Assembly: GCA_951406725.2 (NCBI GenBank)
Contig: OX597814.1
Span: forward strand, 161,386,001 to 161,450,000
DNA: 64,000 nucleotides
Origin: Octopus vulgaris
Taxonomy: Eukaryota
Reading direction: 5' to 3'
Numbering within the stretch: position 1 is the stretch's first letter; the number at the start of each line of letters is the position of its first letter. Under the pieces are notes generated by a model. It was not told where the DNA came from. It did no database searches and saw only the letters and a list, made by a program, of their open reading frames with translations. Of the stretch, positions 1-11,495 are shown in pieces. Position numbers and translations under genes: made by a program.

Positions 1-321
1 CTATAAAAGAGAATGCACACTCATCACTTCCAAATTGTAATTAAAAAAAGTTCTTTTTTCTGTTTTCCCTATTTTTGCCAATATGTCAACAAAACCCAGC
101 TACCATATCCTGTCATACTAGTTACTCAATTTGTTTGCACTTCAATCTTCAATCTCTCTAATAAATCTATCAGTTACTCCTCCCTCTTTCTATCTCAGTA
201 ATATTCCACATTCTCTGATTACAGACAAGCCATTGCTTTCAAACATCCTTCATATGATATCTTTCAAACATTTCAAAACGTGCTTAGAAAACAAAAAGTA
301 ACTAACAGACCTCTAATGAAG

Positions 322-690
322 CAGGTGTAGACATGGTTATGTGGTTACAAATTTTACTTCTCAACCTCATGCTTTCAGGTTCCATCTTAGTGTTTGGTAC
401 CCTGGTCTTCTATTATAGCCTTGAGCTGACATGTATGTGAGTCAAATTTGGTTGACAGAAATTGCACTGAATCCTGTTTTGTGTGTATAAAAAAATGTGT
501 CTATGTGTGTGTGTGTGAGTATTTGTTTTCTATCTCTTCAGATGAGACTTTATGAGCAACAAGCATATTTATGCCCCCTTTTATCTCATAACTTGGTAGT
601 TGCATCAGTTTTGATGTATGAAGACAGTGGAATCGAAAAATATCATACTTGATAAACAAGTGTTGACAACAAGAAGAGCTTCTGGCTAAA
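322..690 (+). mobile_element. Degenerate SINE family A copy
   Basis: Diverged match to the 1400-1834 copy (tgtggt..., gtcttctattatagcc, TG tract). Confidence 0.45.
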
Positions 691-1399
691 AAATGATGAT
701 GGTTGTGGCAGCAGTACTGCTACTGTTGCCATTGCAGCTGCTGCTATCATAGTTGTAAATTTGTACAACATGAAACAATTTTCTATCCTTGATGGCTTCT
801 GATATAGCTTTGCAAAACAAGTTCACTGTCATCTTTTACACAAATGGTTTTTAGGAAGATGATTTCTTATATAAACTAATGATGAGCTTATGTTTAAAGC
901 AGTTCTTTTTTTGCTGTTGCTGTGTTACATTTTTATATCAGTTGAGGTATTTCAGTAGCTATTAGAATTATGCTTGTATTGTTGTTTGAATTCTAAGATT
1001 CAAGAATATTAAAATAGCTGATACTTCCAAACCATTTCTCTATGATTTTTTTGTGTATCAACATACATGCATATTTAGCATAAATGGAATTAATAGAAAA
1101 TCTTTCTGTTGGGCTTATGGATAATTCTTTTAAGTGCTTTTATTGTTAAGCTTTACTGTCAATAATTTAGTATTAATCATACTTAGTGATGTAGTTATTG
1201 ATACTAGAAAGGGCTATCTTTATCTCTTTTTTTAGTTTTTGGATGAAAATTTCAACAAAAGTGACATAAGTCAATATTGTTTATATAAAAATTAACTAAA
1301 GTTTAGTACATTCTTTTAGACCTTGAAAAATATATTATTCATTGGCAGTAGACATTTTTAAAGTACAGTACTATGACAAACATGATGTTATTATAGTTT

Positions 1400-1834
1400 A
1401 CTCTCTCTCTTTACTCTCTCTTTTACTCTCTTTTACTTGTTTCAGTCATTTGACTGTGGCCATGCTGGAGCACCGCTTTTAGTTGAGCAAATCGACCCCA
1501 AGACTTATTCTTTGTAAGCCTAGTACTTATTCTATCGGTCTCTTTTGCCGAACCGCTAAGTTACAGGGACGTAAATACACCAGCATCGGTTGTCAAGTGA
1601 TATTCAGGGAACAAACACAGACACACAAATCTGCACACACACACATATATATATATATATATACATATATACGACGGGCTTCTTTCAGTTTCCGTCTACC
1701 AAATCCACTCACAAGGCTTTGGTCGGTCCGAGGCTATAGTAGAAGACACTTGCCCAAGGTGCTACGCAGTGGGACTGAACCCGGAACTATGTGGTTGGTA
1801 AGCATGCTACTTACCACACAGCCACTCCTGTACC
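1400..1834 (-). mobile_element. tRNA-derived SINE family A (octopus OK-like), near full length
   Basis: Minus strand: GGAGTGGCTGTGTGGTAAG (A box) ... GGTTCAGTCCC (B box), ACCTTGGGCAAG, internal (TA)(TG) tract, (TAAAAGAG)n tail. Many copies in the window. Confidence 0.88.
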
Positions 1835-2341
1835 TTAAATATATCTTGTATGTAAGAAAAGAGCAGATAAAAGTTTTATGTTAAATAGACACTACAACTG
1901 ATATGCAAACAATGCAACTATAAAAGTTAGAGTATGACTGATAATATTAATATGAGGATAGATAATTTAGAACATTAAGTGTGTTAGCTATTTTGATATT
2001 TATGACAGTATGAGAAGCTATTAACCAAGGACATAAAATTCTGTCTGATCTTTCACTGTAAGAAGTAAATAAGTTCTGTTATTCAAGTCACCTAAACTTT
2101 GATTGGAGAACTACAAACAGCAAAACTGCCAAGTGATTAAGTGCTTAGGGAACTACTGGCCTTACAGAAGCAAAAGAAATTTTAGTCTTTCTTCCTCCAA
2201 AATAAGTTTGACTATGTGATGCAAGTCCTTATTATAAGTGTCATGAAGTTTAAGCGTAATGAAATGTTGGCATTAAGTGTAATAAAGAACAAGTTGAGCA
2301 GCAATTGGAAATGATCTTTTAGATCAGAATGTAAGGAAATA

Positions 2342-2518
2342 CTGTATTTTAACATGTATAAGGAACTCTTTTTAGTCAAAAATTAGGTTAAAAAAATATG
2401 GGAGTTTCTTATACATGGATAGAATTATAATCCCTTACAAAACTTTTTTTCCAAATTTTAGGCCCCAAAATTAGGGCTTCTTTACGCATGAGGGTTCCTT
2501 ATACAAGTTAAAATACTG
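2342..2518. mobile_element. Tc1/mariner (pogo-like) MITE
   Basis: 25-bp TIRs C(T/A)GTATTTTAAC(A/T)TGTATAAGGAAC (23/25 match), flanked by TA on both sides. Confidence 0.8.
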
Positions 2519-2785
2519 TACACTGTTTTGTAGATCCAACTGAATCATGCCATTATAGGTTACACATTTGAGACAAATAATACTGTGTTAAGTTATATAT
2601 CAAACAGACTACTGTAATCTATTCAAGAATCAGTACTCATTGTTATTGTTTTTAATATTCTTGTTGAAAAGTATAAGACTGTTTAAAATATTTTCTTTTG
2701 TTTACAGATACAAAAAATAAACTTATAAATATATATTCTTTTTGTAAATATTTAATATATATATTTTTATTGTTTTCTCTTTCAG

Positions 2786-3257
2786 AAATTCTCAGAATGG
2801 CTGATATCGAAAATACACAAACTGTTGATTCAAATAAACAATTTAATAAAGAAGTATTGATTAAAAGCAGTATAGAAACAGAAAATATAAGTGTCTTAAA
2901 GTCAAAAGAAACAAAGTATCAGGAGACACATAAAAAACTTAATAGTGAAGCCATAAGTGTTTCAAAACTTAACAAAACTGACTCTGGAAGTGTTCAAACA
3001 ACATCAGTCACAAGTACAAAAATGAAAGAACACCGAAGTATACTTATAAAAGACCAGAATGGAGATCAGCCTCGAGGAATTTTGAAGAAAGACATTAGCT
3101 TTGATTATAAAACAGAAGATATTAAACCAAATTTAGACAGTTCAGATAAAGAAAACTCAACACCAGTTCTTAAAAAACAATCAATGTCAACTAAAGTAGT
3201 ATCTAGATCTTTATCTTATGAAGAATCAAAAGCAATTGAAAACCAGTCTTTAGAAAG
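2786..3257 (+). CDS. SVIL: Supervillin exon 1 (K/S/T/E-rich N-terminal region; first in-frame ATG at 2797)
   Basis: Acceptor ttttctctttcag at 2785, open frame MADIENTQ...PRGILKK...QSLER, donor AG|gtaaga in phase 2, compatible with exon 16120. Confidence 0.75.
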
Positions 3258-3733
3258 GTAAGATATGATTATTATTATTAATAGTAATAACATTGTAGAA
3301 ATATTAATCACTTACCTTGTTAAAATTTTAGAAATGAAAACATTTATTTATCTGTATATTTTTTATTAGGTAGTGGAGTAACAGGATTTGTAGCTTAACA
3401 GACTTTTAGTTATGTCACTTTACATTCTGAGTTCAAATCCTTCTAAGGTTTGATTGTGCCTTTCAATATCAGAGGATGAAAATATAAATAACAATTAATA
3501 ATAATAATAACTAGCTGGACCCCTGAAAAATTCCCAGAAAATATAAAAAATGTAAGCATCTGTAAATTGTGTACTGGTGCTATGGTACAACCAATAACTA
3601 TATAAGCCAACCAAAATATCTCAGTTACACAAACGTAAACAAAATTACTATTTAGCCTTAAAATACATCGTACATATTCAAAGAACCTTCTTGGTTTAGT
3701 GATACCAGAAGTTCTTCCGGTATTTTTTTAATT

Positions 3734-4049
3734 CTTTTACTTGTTTCAATCATTTGATAGTGGCCATGCTGAAGCACCACCCTTTAGTCGAATAAATCGA
3801 CCCCTGGACTTCCTGTAAGCCTGGTGCTTATTCTATCAGTCTTTTCTGCCAAACAGCTAAGTTATAAAAAATGGGGATGGAAACACACCAACATTGGTTG
3901 TCAAACAATAGTGGTGGTGGGACAAACACAGACACATACACACACATAAAAATATAATATATATATATATATGATGGGCTTCTTTCAGTTTCCATCTACC
4001 AAATTCTCTCACGAGGCTTTGGCCAGCCTGAGGCTATAGTAGAAGACAT
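3734..4049 (-). mobile_element. SINE family A, 5'-truncated
   Basis: Collinear with 1430-1750. Confidence 0.8.
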
Positions 4050-4563
4050 TCTATAAAGTATAGAGTTGAATTTCATGTAGCCACCTGTTGGCAACTTTTC
4101 TGCCCTGCCTATTTTGTAGTGGGTGTAACCCACTTTTCTGGGCTCTTTTTCACAGTTACACCCTGTTCAAAATTTGCACTAGTTTTTGTATGAAAAAAAG
4201 GTAGTGGGGGAAGAGGTTTGTTTGTAGTTTGTTGAGAAAATGTTAAACATGCCTGAAAAAAACAGGCATGTTTCCCCCCCAACTAAAAGACAGGAAGAAC
4301 TATGAAAGAAAGTGAAAAAGGAGATGGGGGAAAGAACAGAGAAATAACAGTCAATTGTTCTAGAACTCCCAGAATAAAAACATTAACATCTGAAAGACTT
4401 TCTCTCTATTCATTACTAAATGTCTTTCCTTCTTCTTCATTGTTAAAAGTAAAGAAGCTAGAAAAGATGGATTGTATTTCAGTCTAATTGTCAGTGTAAA
4501 TGACTAAGGCTTTCCTTTCTCTGTCTCTATTATTTCACGCCTTTTCTCTATGGTTAAGAGAGT

Positions 4564-4866
4564 GAAGGTGTGTGGCTCAGTGGTTAGGGGTATTCAGCCC
4601 ATGATTGTAAAGTCATGAGTATGTGTTTTTGAGCAAGGTACTCTACTTCACCTTGCTGCAGTCCACTCAGCTGGCAAAAATGTTGTAGCAGTAATTCAAA
4701 GGGACCAGCCTTGTCACATTCTGTGTGAAGCTGAATCTCCCTGAGAACTACCTTATGGCATACATATCTGTGGAGCACTCAGCCACTTGTGCGTTAATTT
4801 TATGAGCAGACTGTTCTTTGATCAGATAAACAGGAATCTTGTTGTCATAACTGATGGAATGCCATT
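4564..4866 (+). mobile_element. tRNA-derived SINE family C; partial second copy at 5178-5333
   Basis: Head GTGGCTCAGTGGTTAGG. The body (ccactcagctggcaaaaat...gctgaatctccctgagaactac) is repeated at 5178-5333. Confidence 0.7.
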
Positions 4867-5589
4867 TTTAAAAAAGAGTGAAAGAAAAAGAGATGTTCCA
4901 TATTGTATGGCAAAAATGTCATGTTTTCAGAATAAGCAGTGAAAGTTAAGACGAAATAATTGCTATTCTGTGATGTATTTGCCCTCGTCTCACACTTAGT
5001 TTGATAACAACAGCCTGCATATTGGTGTTTATCTGGGGGCTTGGCCTCCAGATCTGCGAGACCCACAAATGCTGCTGTTAGGACTGGATTAACTCCTATA
5101 GTGATCTTAATGACTAAAAAGATTTTCCTGCCCCTATATAGGATCTTTTTTCATTTTCTTCCAACCACTTGAAGGTTTATCTTGCTCCAGTTCACTCAGC
5201 TGGTCAAAATGAGTTGTAGTTGTAACTCAAAGGGTCCAGCCTTGTCATATTCTGTGTGAGGCTGAATCTCCCTGAGAACTACATTAATGATATGCATGTC
5301 TGTAGAGTACTCAACCATTTGTGAGTTAATTTTATCCTTGTGTGGTAATGAAAAATGAAAGTGACTTTATATTTGCTGTGTATATGTATCTATGTATCAA
5401 CTTTTCTTTGGATCTATGTATCTACTGTCTCTCTCACTTTCTCTCTTTCTTTTTCACTTCCTCTGTGTCCCTCCTCTCTCCCGCTTTTAAATTAACAATG
5501 TGTGTATGTATCTATGTATCTACTTTTCTTGCAATGTGTTAAACATTTAAAAACACAAAACGAGTGCTGTCAACACTCACTGTCTCTTT

Positions 5590-6165
5590 CACTTTGAATT
5601 TGAACTCAGAACATAAGGACAGATGAAATGTTGCTAAGCATTTTGCTTGGTATCCTAATGATTCTACTAGCTCATCGCCTTTAATAAAAATAATAATGAT
5701 AATAATTCTTTCTACTAAAGACACAAAGCCTGAAACTTGGTGGAGGGGACTAGTTGATTACATTGCACACCCCCATCCCCAAGTGTTTCACTGGTACTTA
5801 ATTCATTGACCCTGAAAGGATGAAACGCAAAATCAACCTCGATGGAATTTGAACTAAGAACCTAGTGGCAGCTGAAATACCGCTAAGCTTTTCGCCTGGT
5901 ATGCTAACAATTCTGCCAACTTGCTACCTTAATAATAATAATAATAACAATCCTCTCTACTATAGCTACAAGGCCTGAAATTTTTGGGGAAGGAACTAGT
6001 CAATTACAGTGACCCGAGTGTTTCACTGGTACTTAATTCATTGACCCTGAAAGGATGGAAGAAAGTCAACCTCGATGGAATTTGAACTAAGAACCTAGTG
6101 GACAGGCTGAAATACCACTAAGCACTTCATCTGGCATGCTAATAATTCTGCCAGCTCACTGCCAT
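5590..6165 (-). mobile_element. Three tandem SINE family B copies (octopus OR-like)
   Basis: Units ~5590-5680 (partial), 5706-5930 and 5945-6165 share GGCAGTGAGCTGGCAGAAT...GTTCAAATTCC on the minus strand, separated by (AAT)n. Confidence 0.8.
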
Positions 6166-6906
6166 AAAAATGATAATGATGATGATGATAATAATAATAA
6201 TAATAATAATAATGAATTAAAATGACTATGGTTCTCTCACAAATTTGTTATTTTTGTATATGTAAGAGATCATTTTTTTCTTCCTGTCATCCAATGTTGT
6301 ATTTATTCAAGAAATTGGAGCAGAGCAGCACCCTCAAAGGAAGAAAAAAGAAATCATGTTAAATAGGATAAAGTAGCTTTATTAGTGACTTATCTTTGTA
6401 ACCAAGAAGTTTTACTAAAAACACTTAAAATTGAGCTTGAAGAAAAACCTTAGAAATCAACTCTAACTTTAAAAACTAGAATGTATAATTCCTTGCAGTA
6501 AATACCCCCGCCATAGACATATTGTGACCCAGCAGAAATCGCATTGTATAGCTGACCTGGTTTACATAGTTAAAAATTCATACTTTTTATGCTTGTGAGG
6601 ATAATATAGTTGAGAGGAATGACAGTGCTTCAGACTAAGTGAATTTAGTCAGTCTCACTATGTCTGCAGTGAAGTTCCATCAGGATTACTTATCCTTTGG
6701 TAAAATATATACTAGTAAAAGTTTGTGTGCATGTGTGTGTGTGTGTGTGTGTGTACCTTATGATACATACACAAGCACACACATTCATATACATATGTTG
6801 GTAGGTGATGATGCAGAGAGGGGGTACTCAGTACAAATGTAGAGTGTAGCAGTACACTTAAGCTGGTCCAGTGCAACAGGCCACTGGATTGGCTTCAATA
6901 ACTATA

Positions 6907-7598
6907 TCATCATCACCATCATCATCATCATCATCGTTTAATGTTCACTATCTAAACTGGTGTGGGTTGGATGGTTTGACTGAGTACTGGCAAGCCAGGA
7001 GTCTGCACCAACCTGATCTGGCAAGGTTTCTATAGCTGGATGCCCTTCCTAACGCCAACCACTCCTACAGTGTAGTGGATGCTTTTAGTGTGCCACTGGC
7101 ACGGGAGCCTGCCAGGTGGCACTGACATTGACCACATTCGAATGGTGCATTTTTACATGCCAACAGCATGGGTATCAGTCAGGCAGCACTGGCATTGGTC
7201 ACACTTGAATGGTGCGTTTTATGTGTCACCGTCACAGGAGCCAGTCAGGCAGTACTGGCATCAACCATGCTCGAATAGTGCTTATTACATGCCAGCACAG
7301 GTTCCAGTCAGGTGGCACTGGCATTGGCTACGACTATGATTTCACTTGACTCAACAGGTCTTCTCAAGCACAGCATGTTGTCTGATGATTGAAGAGTACT
7401 TTTAAATGGGCTAATTAGCAACACTAGCATCAACCACAGCTACGATCTCACTTGGCTTGCCAGGTTCTCTCAAGCACAGCATATCTCCAAAAGTCTCGGT
7501 TGCTTGTCATTGTCTCTGTGAGGCCCAACATTTGAAGCTTGTGCTTCACCACCTTATCCCATGTCTTCTTGGGTCTATCTTTTCCACAGGTTCTCCCA
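6907..7598 (-). mobile_element. RTE-clade LINE 3' fragment
   Basis: (CAT)n tail, shared 3' UTR, ~66-bp internal repeats, ORF end GRTCGKDRPKKTWDKVVKHKL...WRYAV. Confidence 0.8.
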
Positions 7599-7650
7599 CC
7601 ACACACACATGCATATATATGTTCATGTGTGTGCCTAAATATACATATAC

Positions 7651-8517
7651 AGTGAGTGATCAAGAATTTTTATGATATACACATTCAGTCATACATACAA
7701 AAACCCACATCCATCCATCCCCCACATACACACAACATATATAAACCAAATGACAAAGTGATTTAAGCCGGACATACCAGTCATATGTTTGTTCCTGTGT
7801 AGGAGTTCATGTGTGCGTGTTTGTAAATGTATGTCTGTGTTTGTACGAATGAGCATGTATGTTGATTATTCAGCTTGTCACCATGTGAGCAAAGAGATGC
7901 TGATGTTAGCATTCCTTGTTAAGATATTGACCAGTTGCTCTGGTAAGAGTTGTCAACAGGAAGAACAACAGGTAGTAAAATTCTGCCATAAATAACTCCC
8001 CATCTAACTCATGCTATCATGGAGAGATGGAAGTTAAACAAATGAATGAACTATATATGTTGAATACAGGTGTGCATTTATACATATGCATACACACACA
8101 CACATATATATACACACATTGATGCAAATGTACATATACATTCATTTGTTTAACTTCCATCTCTCCATGATAGCATGAGTTAGATGGGGAGTTATTTATG
8201 GCAGAATTTTACTGCCTGTTGTTCTTCCTGTTGACAACTCTTACCAGAGCGACTGGTCAACATCTTAACAAGGAATGTTACCATCAGCATCTCTTTGCTC
8301 ACATGGTGACAAGCTGAATAATCAACATACATACTCATTCGTACAAACATGCACACAGGTACTCCTGCACAGGAACAAACATATGACTGGTATGTCCGGC
8401 TTAAATCAGTTTGTCATTTGGTTTATATATGTTGTGTGTATGTGGGGGGATGGATGGATGTGGGTTTTTGTATATATGACTGAATGTGTATATCATAAAA
8501 ATTCTTGATCTCTCACT
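7651..8517. repeat. Long inverted repeat: arms 7651-8048 and 8139-8517, 90-nt spacer
   Basis: The arms are near-perfect reverse complements by eye, with about ten substitutions and one ~20-nt indel. Confidence 0.95.
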
Positions 8518-9715
8518 CATGTTCCTGTTAAGTCTTTATCTATAGCCTTTTTCCTCTTCATTAACCTTTCTTTATCTCTCACACTCTCTTGTTCACTTTC
8601 TTGTTATACCAGGTGGTGTACTACATCACCTGAATAACAAAGGCTGGCAGTGGTTCTTCCATATTCAGTCTTCCTTATTTTCACATTCTACCATTCAACC
8701 TCTCTTCCAGCATGACACCTGTTTAATGAGAGGTGGCAATGAATCTGTCCATATCCAACACTCCTAGCACACTACCCTTCTTTACGGCTAGCCATCACTA
8801 TTCCCTGTATCACTCCTTATTAGCATCTATCACTATCTCCCTATTGCAATGTCCATATGTATTGCTATTCAGCATCTCTATCTCTGTCTCTCTGCCTCTG
8901 TATCTCTCTCATTCATCATTTCCTCCCCTCACAAATTGTTTACATACACCTCTCTCACATTTCCTTTACTCTTTCTTCTATCACCTTCTTTACACTCTAT
9001 CACTTTGCCCCCACCCACTATTATGCTGCATATTGCTGTTTTTCTTTTCAATCTCCTTCCCATTAATCAAATAGCTGTCTATCATTGTCCTATTTTATTT
9101 TTTCAGCAATCACTCTATCCCTCTCCTCTTGCTTTACTGAACCTGATCCTTCTGTTACTGCTCACTCTTTTTTCACCCATTCGCTTGGGTTCTTACTCTA
9201 TCATCACTTTCTCTTCTCTTCAGCCTCTTATCATATTACCTGGAATGAACAGAGACAAAGCAGAGTAGAGAAGACTCTTTAGTCTTACAGAGGATAATGC
9301 AATCTTTCTAATGCTGGTGCTATGATAAAATGCACTTTGTAAAGTGGATGGCATTTGGAAGGGCATCCAGCTAGAGAAATCATGCCAAAAATGGACTGTT
9401 CAAGTGAAACTATTGAAAAGGGCAGTACTTTCACACAAGAACTGACTTGAGCAGTGATGACCTGTCTGACACATACCAGCATGGAAAGCAGATGTAAAAT
9501 GATGATGGTGTTATACTTAGAAAAATAATTAGAGTTTAAACATTTGAAATTTAATAGTTGTACAAATTTTGTTTTAGCTGATAGCTGCCATTGTTTTTTT
9601 TTTTTACACAACTTTTATTCATATGTGGAGTTAAAGAGAGGTAAAAGAGAGTGTGTATGTATAGTGATGTAATGACTACTTATGACTTCATAGTTGTAAT
9701 TTCATTTATATATTA

Positions 9716-10107
9716 CTAGCAGTATTGCCCGGCGTTGCTCGGGTTTGTTTCGACCCTTTAGAATTGGAATTTTTGAAAAGTAAAAATTTTGCATTATGTC
9801 ACTTGGTATTCTCTTTAAGTGAACATTTTTCTGGTTGAAATACACCGAAAAATGGCGATACAGCAGTCAAAAAATCATAAAAAATAGGGATTTTCATAGA
9901 AAAAAAGCACCTATTTGATGTAAATAATTTTTGGTGTTAACATGGTCTGATTTGAATTTTTTCTTCTACGGAAGGAAGAGCAAGCCTTCTTCTATCATAC
10001 TCTCAATTTTGGTCAACTTGCGCCGCTGGGTCTCGGAGGAGATAGTGTTAGTTGAAAGTTACCAAACCTGCCATACACTGACAACTTCAGCTTTATATAT
10101 ATAGAGA
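9716..10107 (-). mobile_element. Non-autonomous Helitron (392 bp)
   Basis: Minus strand starts TCTCTATATATATAAAGCTGAAGTTGT, ends CCCGAGCAACGCCGGG hairpin + CAATACTG + CTAG, inserted between A and T, no TSD. Confidence 0.85.
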
Positions 10108-10289
10108 TTTTCATTTATCAGGAATGTTATTTGTGATTCTCTTAGATTTAGAAACATTTGTTTTAGACTATCTTTTTCAGTTCTTTAAGATTTATAATGA
10201 ACTAACAATATTTCCAGAACTATAAATATAATATTTTGTTTGTGAAATGCCAATTTCCTATCTGTTAATTTAATGTCTTAAAATTTACT

Positions 10290-10600
10290 TTGTTGTTGTT
10301 GTTTGTTCCTTCTCAAGCCATGCCTGGCTTATAAGGGCCAGTTTCCTGGTTTCATTGGTGTATAGGTTCCCCACCTGGACAGGATGTCAGTCCGTAGCAG
10401 GTGAGCTGCTAGATGCTGGAGGAAAGGAGTAAGAAAAAGTGGTGAAATAGTCAGCAGAAATTTGCCATTACTTTCTGCTGGAGCCACATAGAACTTAGGT
10501 GTCTCACTCATAAACATACGCATCACTTAGTCTGAGATTCGAACCTGCGATCCCTCGACTGTGAGTCTGCTGCTCTAATCTCTAGGCCATGTGCCTCCAC
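10290..10600 (-). mobile_element. tRNA-derived SINE (separate family)
   Basis: Minus strand head GGAGGCACATGGCCTAGAGATTAGAGCAG...GCAGGTTCGAATCTC (A and B boxes), (AAC)n tail. Confidence 0.75.
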
Positions 10601-10774
10601 AAAATTTTACTATTCTTGTAGTAAAATGTAAGCAGTTGAAAATATTAATTGAACTGCTATCTAATTAATCTACTTTGGTCCTTTATATCAATTGATATAG
10701 TTAAAAGGTTTTAATAATATTTCATAGAAATTTTATGTATGATCTCTTTTGTATCTATACTGTTTATGTTAATA

Positions 10775-11193
10775 GGTGTAGGTGTGTCTGTGTGGTAAGA
10801 AGTTTGCTTTCTGTCCACATGGTTCCAGGTTCAGTCCCACTGTATAGTACCTTGGGCAAGTGTCTTCTACTATAGCTTCAGGCTGACCAAGACTTTGTGA
10901 GTGGATTTGGTAGACAGAAACTGAAAGAAGCCCATCATATATATACACACATAGATATATATGCATGTATGTGTGTGTGTGTGTGTGTGTCTTTGCATCT
11001 TGTGTTTGTACCCTACCACTGCTTGACAACAGGTATTGGTGTTTTTATGTCCTTATAACTTAGTGGTTCAGCAAAAGAAACCAGGCTTAAAGATAAAATA
11101 AGTACTGGAGTTGAGCCATTCGACTAAAATTCTTCAAGGCAATGCTCCCAGCATGGCCGCAGTCTAATGACTAAAACAATTAAAAGACAAAAA
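10775..11193 (+). mobile_element. SINE family A, near full length
   Basis: Reverse complement of the 1400-1834 copy. Confidence 0.85.
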
Positions 11194-11346
11194 GTATATA
11201 TGTTTACTTTGGTTATTAATAAGCAATTTAAACTAATAATAAAGCTTCCTCTTATTAAACAAATATGTATAGCAATCCTTAATAACTCTCTTCTAATGCA
11301 GCAAACTCAGTAAACATTTAAAATTGTTTAGAGTGTTAGTACTAAT

Positions 11347-11386
11347 TTGTGTGTGTGTATATATATAGATATGTGTGTGTGTGAGT

Positions 11387-11421
<35 letters not shown>

Positions 11422-11434
11422 GTATGTGTGTGTG

Positions 11435-11495
<61 letters not shown>
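11347..11495. repeat. Compound (TG)n/(TA)n microsatellite
   Basis: Seen directly. Confidence 0.9.

Noticed and set aside
1483-1884. 133-aa ORF, and similar ORFs at 10769, 34127 and 51445
   Set aside because: Chance frames inside SINE A copies, with microsatellite-derived HIYIY runs.
7085-7340. Regularly spaced repeats resembling a CRISPR array
   Set aside because: Whole units are degenerate tandem copies with no unique spacers, lie inside a LINE 3' UTR, and the DNA is eukaryotic with no cas genes.
8733-9282. Overlapping ORFs in all three + frames
   Set aside because: CT-rich low-complexity strand depleted of stop codons, adjacent to an RTE tail, with no recognisable protein.
10530-10600. 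tRNA-like sequence with A and B boxes
   Set aside because: It is the head of a SINE with body and (AAC)n tail, and has no intact cloverleaf or acceptor stem.
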